Origin: Antedon mediterranea
Lineage: Eukaryota; Animalia; Echinodermata
Length of the DNA stretch: 64,000 nucleotides
Assembly (NCBI RefSeq): GCF_964355755.1
Contig: NC_092675.1
Coordinates: 4,769,812 to 4,833,811, forward strand
Direction: 5' to 3'
Shown: positions 57,400-64,000 of the stretch, in pieces
Numbering within the stretch: the first letter of the stretch is position 1
Layout: each line of letters starts with the position of its first letter
Program-made: the position numbers and the translations under genes
The notes under the pieces: generated by a model
Told to the model about the DNA's origin: nothing
The model's input: only the letters and a program-made list of their open reading frames with translations
Databases searched by the model: none

Positions 57400-59300
57400 A
57401 CTTACTGGCATCCCTAAATTAAATCTAAAAAGGGCCAATTTGGGAAAAAATTAGAAACAAGTGTTTCTCAACTGATTTGTGTCATCTGGGGTCTATATAT
57501 CCACAAAAAAAGTTCCAGCTCATCTGACCTGGAGAAAGTCGCCACTTTGGATTTTTAAAATGGCCGCCATAAATTACAGATTTTTGTTCATAACTCAGCT
57601 TATACATCATGTATGGACATGATTTTCGTGGTAAAGTATATGTTTTTAGGGTCAAGGAATCCAAATACAGCATTTTGAAGTTCACTCAATGGCCGCCATT
57701 TTGTTTTTCAAATGGCCGCCATATACAGATTTTCTCATATCTCAGCTTCTACAAAATAAATGGATGTGGCAAAATGTATGTTTTGAGGGTCAATGAATGC
57801 AAATAAATTATTTTAAGTTCACTCTATGGTCGCCATTTTGTTTTTCAAAATGGCTGCTATCATCATATATAATTATGCTTTTTGTGACAAAAGAGATCCC
57901 ATTTAAAGCAGCGTCCTATGTGGTGTACCAGCACTGGTCATCCTAACTGGTCTGGATTTATGCACAAGTACTGGATCAGTGGAGAAGTCGACAATAGAGT
58001 TTCTGGCGATCATTCTAAATGACCCAAATGATAATTCGACAGTTTATACTACACTCTGTAAATGTATATCTTATAGCTCTTCACATAATCAACCACTGTG
58101 GGTTAAAACAATAAAGATAATCAGGAAAAGGCACATGCCAGTTGTTGGATGATTCAATCTTCTCAAGAGCATCTTGGGTTGTATTGTACATATAATGGCT
58201 GGTTCGGGTTTGGACGATGTGCTTAGCTTACTTTATGGACCAAATACTGTCACTTACATTTTAAAGGGAGCTGCATATTCAAAAGCTCTCAGAGCCTATT
58301 TTTAGCAGATTCAGCTGTTTATCATACAATGCCTATTTTTAGCAGATTCAGCTGTTTATCATACAATGATGACACAGGATGAAGATCTTTTGACTCCAGA
58401 TATAGACACAGTAAATAGAACAATCGGGAAGATCAAACAGGTATCAAGAACATCTAAGCTGTGGGCTTTATATCACGAGATGGTACCACTTGTTAGGCAA
58501 TACTGTTCCTAGCCGCAGAACGCTTACACGATTGGGAGCTCCATCTTCAGACAGTATCATCTATGCTTTACATATTTGCAGCAGCTAATCATGGACAATA
58601 TGCCAAGAGTGTTATTTTTCTACAGGAAATGCTTGAGCTGAAACACAAACTTCCACATACATATGAGATGTTCCATAAGAATGGATATCACACAACGCGT
58701 TTATATAGTGATGTTCAGTTTTCAGACATGACAATAGAGGAAACCCTAATGCGAAAAGCCAAATGAAGTGGTGGTCTCACATGTGGCAGACTTCGTCATA
58801 CGAATTCAGTAAAAGTGTGGGTTTCTAGCTTATTGCACTTAAAGCATCTGGAAATGATGATGAATGAAAGGGTCGGTTCAAAAAGAGACAAACGAAGCAA
58901 CAAAGATTTCGGGAAAGTACGTCTACAGAAAGACCATTTATAGTGGTAAGCGATCCTCTTGTGATAGCTTCACTCTCAACTGGATTGACTATAACCAACA
59001 CAAACTCAGTTAATTGTGAATATGCTTGGAACATTGGCCAAGACATCGAAGAAAGCTTGGACGATGCCACTCACCTATGAAAGTAAAACTACTAAGTTCT
59101 CTTGAAAAGCATGTAAAAGTTAGAACAAAGAAGATTTCTGTCGAAAAAACGGTTCTCTTCAACATACTTATTGTTCTCGCTGAAAGAGATGGAGACATCG
59201 AAACGGCATTTGGATATGAACTGACACCTGTTTCAACAGCTTTGTTTAAGATGGAAAAATTTATGAGAAAGCCAGAAAAATCAAAATTTGGTAATAGAAA
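57400..59300 (+). mobile_element. Decayed DNA transposon-like element with frameshifted ORF
   Basis: Subterminal AAATGGCCGCCAT repeats at 57557-57860; peptide blocks DPNDNSTVYTTL, QPLWVK, LGCIVHIMAGSGLDDVL, SRTSKLW, AAER..DWELHL, FAAANHGQYAKS, DMTIEETLMR and FGYELTPVSTALF..MRKPEKS broken by stops and frameshifts. Confidence 0.75.
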
Positions 59301-59657
59301 CCTTTACACTTTCAATAGTGAATGTAATATTAATCGACTTAAGAATTACAAGCACATTCACCTCAACCAATCAACTCAAACCAATTTGCATTACGTCATA
59401 CCTATTTAAAAATACTTCCATTAAATTCTACGGGCTTGAAAACCCCTTAGATCATTTAAAAATTAACGTAATCAGTATTTATTCATGCGTATAGATTTTT
59501 GGTACACTTTGAACCAATTCTGGCCCACTGTGCGGCGTTTTGCTTTGCCAAAATACGTAAAATCGTGCCAAAATACACAAATCTGCTTTGCCAAAATACG
59601 CAAATCATGCCAAAATACGAAAATTGAGGGCGCTATGCTTTACCAAAATACGCAAAT

Positions 59658-60145
59658 CATGTTGTCAAATTTTTAAAATTCATCATTGACCTCTGACTTC
59701 AATTTGAATATTTTGACCCATTGAAAATAAAATGGTCATATCTTTGTAACGCTTAGACTAAATGAAATAATTTTAGTGTCAAACTTTTTGGAAGATGCAT
59801 ATTAATATTCGTTCTAATGGAAAAGTTTGTCCAAAAATGGCCGGAAGTATGAATTTTGCCATTTTTGACATTTGACCTACATATCATATAACTGTTGGAC
59901 AAACTTTAAATAGGGCTCAAATTAATCTGAAGGTATATGTTTCTATTCAGTCTAATAAGAACTTTTTCAAGAAATTGACCTAAAATCTTGTTATTGACCT
60001 TTGACCTATACTGTAAAAGGTTTTATTTTGTAAAATTGTTCGAAAATTTACATTTATATGTTGTAGGCTATTAACAATATTTTATAACAATGTAAAGGAA
60101 TTCTATTTATAATCACTAACTTTGTAATTTATTAACATCACTAGC
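59658..60145 (-). repeat. Interspersed repeat, inverted copy of 34742-35255
   Basis: Reverse-complement colinearity. Confidence 0.8.
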
Positions 60146-60383
60146 ATTTGTTATAGTATTGAAATGTTACATTGAAATATATCCTTTAGTTTAGCCATTG
60201 TAGCGTTCAACTGCTTACGACTATCGAACATTTTTAGTAACACGCCTCAAAACGCGTTTAAACATAATGAAAAATCAAAATAATGTTCACTGTACTTATC
60301 TGAGCTGTTAGTTAAGTATAATATCTACTGAACTACTGCCAGCTTCATGGCTAGAGTATCAAATACTCACACAATGTGTTCAG

Positions 60384-60561
60384 TAAAGCTTGGTTCCCAC
60401 TAGAACGTAACGCAAGGACGTAAACGCAACGCAAGCGTGTTGACCAATGACGTTATAGACAGTTAGCAATCACAAGCGAATAAGCCATCGCTTGTGATTG
60501 GTCATTTCACTTGCGTTGCGTTACGTCCTTGTGTTGCGTCGCTAGTGGGAACCACGCTTTA
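60384..60561. mobile_element. Harbinger-like MITE (same family as 8365-8548)
   Basis: TAA-AGCTTGGTTCCCACTAG ... CTAGTGGGAACCACGCT-TTA. Confidence 0.85.
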
Positions 60562-60700
60562 GAGAGCGAAAAAAAAACGACACGTCCGTTCAGTTCACTG
60601 TCTGTGTCTGTCAACACCAAACTTTAACATGTTGATCATCATCATTATCATTCAATTCACAAAACTTCTTTTCATCTCATTACTAAAGGATTTAAAATGC

Positions 60701-61030
60701 GTAATCTCATGTTTAAAGATTAATGAGATCTTGAATATAGCAAAAACCGTCATATGTCGAATCAAAACTTTTAAACCCCCAACTAATAATTCCATGACCA
60801 TTTCCGCAATTATCTCTAGCATACGTTATGGTAAACAACCTCTCCACTTTCGACCCAGCCCGAGTTACAGCAATCATAACCAGCTATTTGTGACGCTTGC
60901 TAGTGTTCCTCCAGTGTAAGCAGAGCATCTATTCTTTGCATTATTGTACGTTAGCTGGTATCTTTCAGTTCCGCGTAAGGCCACCACACGATGAGAGGGA
61001 AATGTATCTGGAAACGTAATAGTTTGGTTT
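60701..61030 (-). pseudogene. Truncated B-like Link gene (only the last Link module remains, with indels)
   Basis: Matches 42505-42871 with small deletions; fused at ~61032 to sequence matching 45656 onward. Confidence 0.9.
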
Positions 61031-62260
61031 GGTAAAGGAATATAACACATCGAGAATGAATCCTATCAGGCGTGTTGCTGATTACATTTAGGTTTGTATT
61101 ATTTACGCTAAAGTTGTTATTGTAATGTACATTAAACTTAATAATATTTTGTTTGTTCATAATATTCAGATATAACGACCTTTAAAATATTTAAAAAACT
61201 AGTCATCCATATTAAATTCACGGATGATAAAACAAACACAATAATAATATAATAATTAAAGAAATAGTGTATAATTGGTTATTTTTCAGAAGGTTACGGA
61301 CGAAATCCAAATACATCATTATTGTTGTTGCTACATCCGATAGCCTGCACTAATAATGATGTTGCGTCAGGTAGACTAGATGGTCGTCATAGCAACTAAA
61401 CAACACTAAACGTGTAGTTGGAGCCCCGCTTTTGTAATTAGATTATCTTGATCTAATAATAACCAATCACTTATGTGACTATTAATGTAAGACTAAACCA
61501 AATTAATCATTTCTTGCTTGCCATAAAAAAATAAGATAAGTTGTATTATTTTAACAAGCTATGTTGTATAATTCCTGTTGACGTTGTCATGTTTATATTA
61601 AAATAATGCTAATAATAATTATAGACCTTCAATTTAACTATGGTAATTTTTTCCGATACAAAAAGTAATTAAAGAATAGAAAGAACAGTTTTCAAAAACA
61701 TGTACAACAATTATAGTAAAAATAGTACAGTATAATATGTATATTTGCCGTATTGTTATATGAAATAATAAATATAAATATTAGTCATCACCCAATTTTG
61801 CAACTTACATTTATAGAAATACCATAAATATTTGTATCTAGATTTAGTCAGTTAAGATGTATCTTATTGACGATTGCATATATTTGGTTGGTAACATATA
61901 CAAATAATGAATGTTTATAGTGCAACGGTACAAATATTAATAATACTGTATTAAAATATGTGTAATTTTATACATGATTGGTACACTAAAGAATTAACTA
62001 TACATGATATAAATAGGAACAACCTTTTTATATCAGTTAGTATGTTCGTACATTCACAAAGTGGACGGGAATAAATATAGAAAATGGCAATTGTTAAAAC
62101 TTTTATGACAAAAATCAGCAGAGCCTCGGCCTTGGTGCAATCTACAACACTGTGCACTTAAGAGATAAATATATGCCGCATCCTGCATCAATCATGACAG
62201 TTTATATAGTTACGGTTTTATTGGAACAAGGATTTGTATGAAGCTTCCACTTGTTAGGGC

Positions 62261-63912
62261 CTATAATATGTAGCAATAACCATCACGTTTAACCTCAAGA
62301 TTCTCGAATCCCCAACTATTAATTCCATAATTCCCGCAACCTGTTCTAGCATGCGTTGTAGGGAAAATGACCTCTTCACTTTCGACCCAGCCGGCGTTAC
62401 AGCAATCATAACCAGCTATTTGTGACGCTTGTAGTTGCGCTCGTGTTGCTAGTGCTCCTCCAGTGTAAGCAGAGCATCTATCTTTTGCATCCTGGTACGT
62501 AAGTTGGTATCTTTCAGTTCCACGCACATTCATCACTCGATGTGAGGGAAATGGATCTGGAAACGTGATGTTCTGGTTTGTTAAAGGAATATAACACATG
62601 GCGAAATATTCCATTGATGGGTCGTGTAGCTTAATGTAGTCACCAAATGGATAAAGCCAAAAATCCGACGGAATATTACCTGTGCAAGAATTTCCTCCCA
62701 ATCCCTTCAAATACCATCCATTAGTACAAAGATCAACATCTAGTGAGTGTGATGCATTATACACCTCAAAAGGAGTCGCCAGCCGACCACCAAAGAGGGT
62801 ACTGCATCTAGTTTCAGCTTCATTAGCGTTCAGTTTATCTGAATTTAAACCTGTTAGCCTTATAATTCGTTGGATTGTCGGAATATAATCAAACAAACCT
62901 AATGGTTGATTATATCCTCTGTAACAATAATAGCCACTTTGATATGTCTTGTCTGGAAAAACATTACTTCGTTGATCTGGTGAATTCAATGTGCATTTGT
63001 CTCCGTTGATTTCGGTGAAGGCTATCTCACCACTAATCAGCCATCCTTCGATGCAGTTGTCCATACGTGGTTGATATGTGTTGTAAAGTTGTTCATACGA
63101 TGCAAGCGAACCTAAGTTATTGGTACACGTACTGGATGCTACTTCGTAAGTAGCATTAATTGAACTAGAATAAATACCATCTGAAAAAGACGAAAGAACC
63201 GCTCATCAACAAATATCTCATTGATGAGAGTTATATGTATTGTGTTTATTCTATAAAAATGATTTTGTGTCTTCTGTGTCGTAACACAGTTATATGGCTA
63301 CCACAGTATTGCTTTTTAAAATACAAAAGTATTTAGAAACAGCACATTATGGATATAATTTTTTAAATTAGAGATTATTTTAAATATCTAGGCATTATTC
63401 TACAGAAATCATTAGGTCTATACTCACGATTCTTTAAACTTTTATCCAATACCTATATAAGAGATAATACCACAATTAAAAGACATATTTTACACAATGA
63501 CATTAAATATTATAATTGTAAAGTTATAATATTATATTTTCCATGTACTTTTGTTTTCACGTAAAGAATGAGCAAAATATATAATATAGCCTATAGGGTT
63601 TAAAATACAAAAAGAAAAGTCGAATAACTATACCTTCTCTATATATTCAAATGAAAGTTCTTGTTGAAAATCTTCTGTATATGCTTCGTCTTGTACATTT
63701 TTGTTGAGTTGACACAAACGATCCTGCTTACTGTAGTTAACAGACCAACAGTAAACTTTCCTGGAACAAGCCAACAAACATCCAGCACGGTCGATGTTAA
63801 GAAGCTGGTAACTCCAGCCCAGAAGAGAACGTTGTGAAATCACTCTATATAATTGAGAACTTGTAGGTTCACTACAGAGTACGATTAAACAAAAGAGTAC
63901 GGGGAAATACAT
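62261..63912 (-). CDS. Secreted PAN/Apple + 3x Link module protein, copy D (C-like), ~407 aa
   Basis: Exons 63912-63634, 63452-63428 and 63180-62261; 1224 nt in frame. Confidence 0.85.
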
Positions 63913-64000
63913 AATGTTGACCTGTCCTCAATTATCCTATTTTGTCAAATAATGTACTTTTGCTTACTGCTTTAAATAAGAAGAGTTTGTCTGTGATAAT

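Overview
AT-rich, intron-containing animal genomic DNA. The gene and repeat content suggests a marine invertebrate deuterostome such as an echinoderm, but this is inference and the host is not established. The left half (1-34 kb) holds conserved genes whose exon chains I reconstructed by hand with consistent GT-AG boundaries and phases: TXNDC15 (-), an ELOVL6-like elongase (+), a second short ELOVL (-), germ cell-less GMCL1 (-, 16 coding exons), an intronless orphan basic ORF (-) and the PP2A catalytic subunit (-). The right half (37-64 kb) is a tandem birth-and-death array of secreted 'signal peptide + PAN/Apple + 3 Link-module' genes: three intact copies, one frameshifted copy and two fragments. 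It is interleaved with SINEs, LINE remnants, a solo LTR, MITEs, Helentron-like elements, a decayed DNA transposase and tRNA-like cloverleaves next to (TA)n tracts. The two strongest leads are (1) a recurrent TA->TAGGCCTA 6-bp insertion, shown by paralog comparison, which adds two amino acids to coding exons and piles up near housekeeping-gene 5' ends, and (2) the diversifying PAN-Link3 secreted family.
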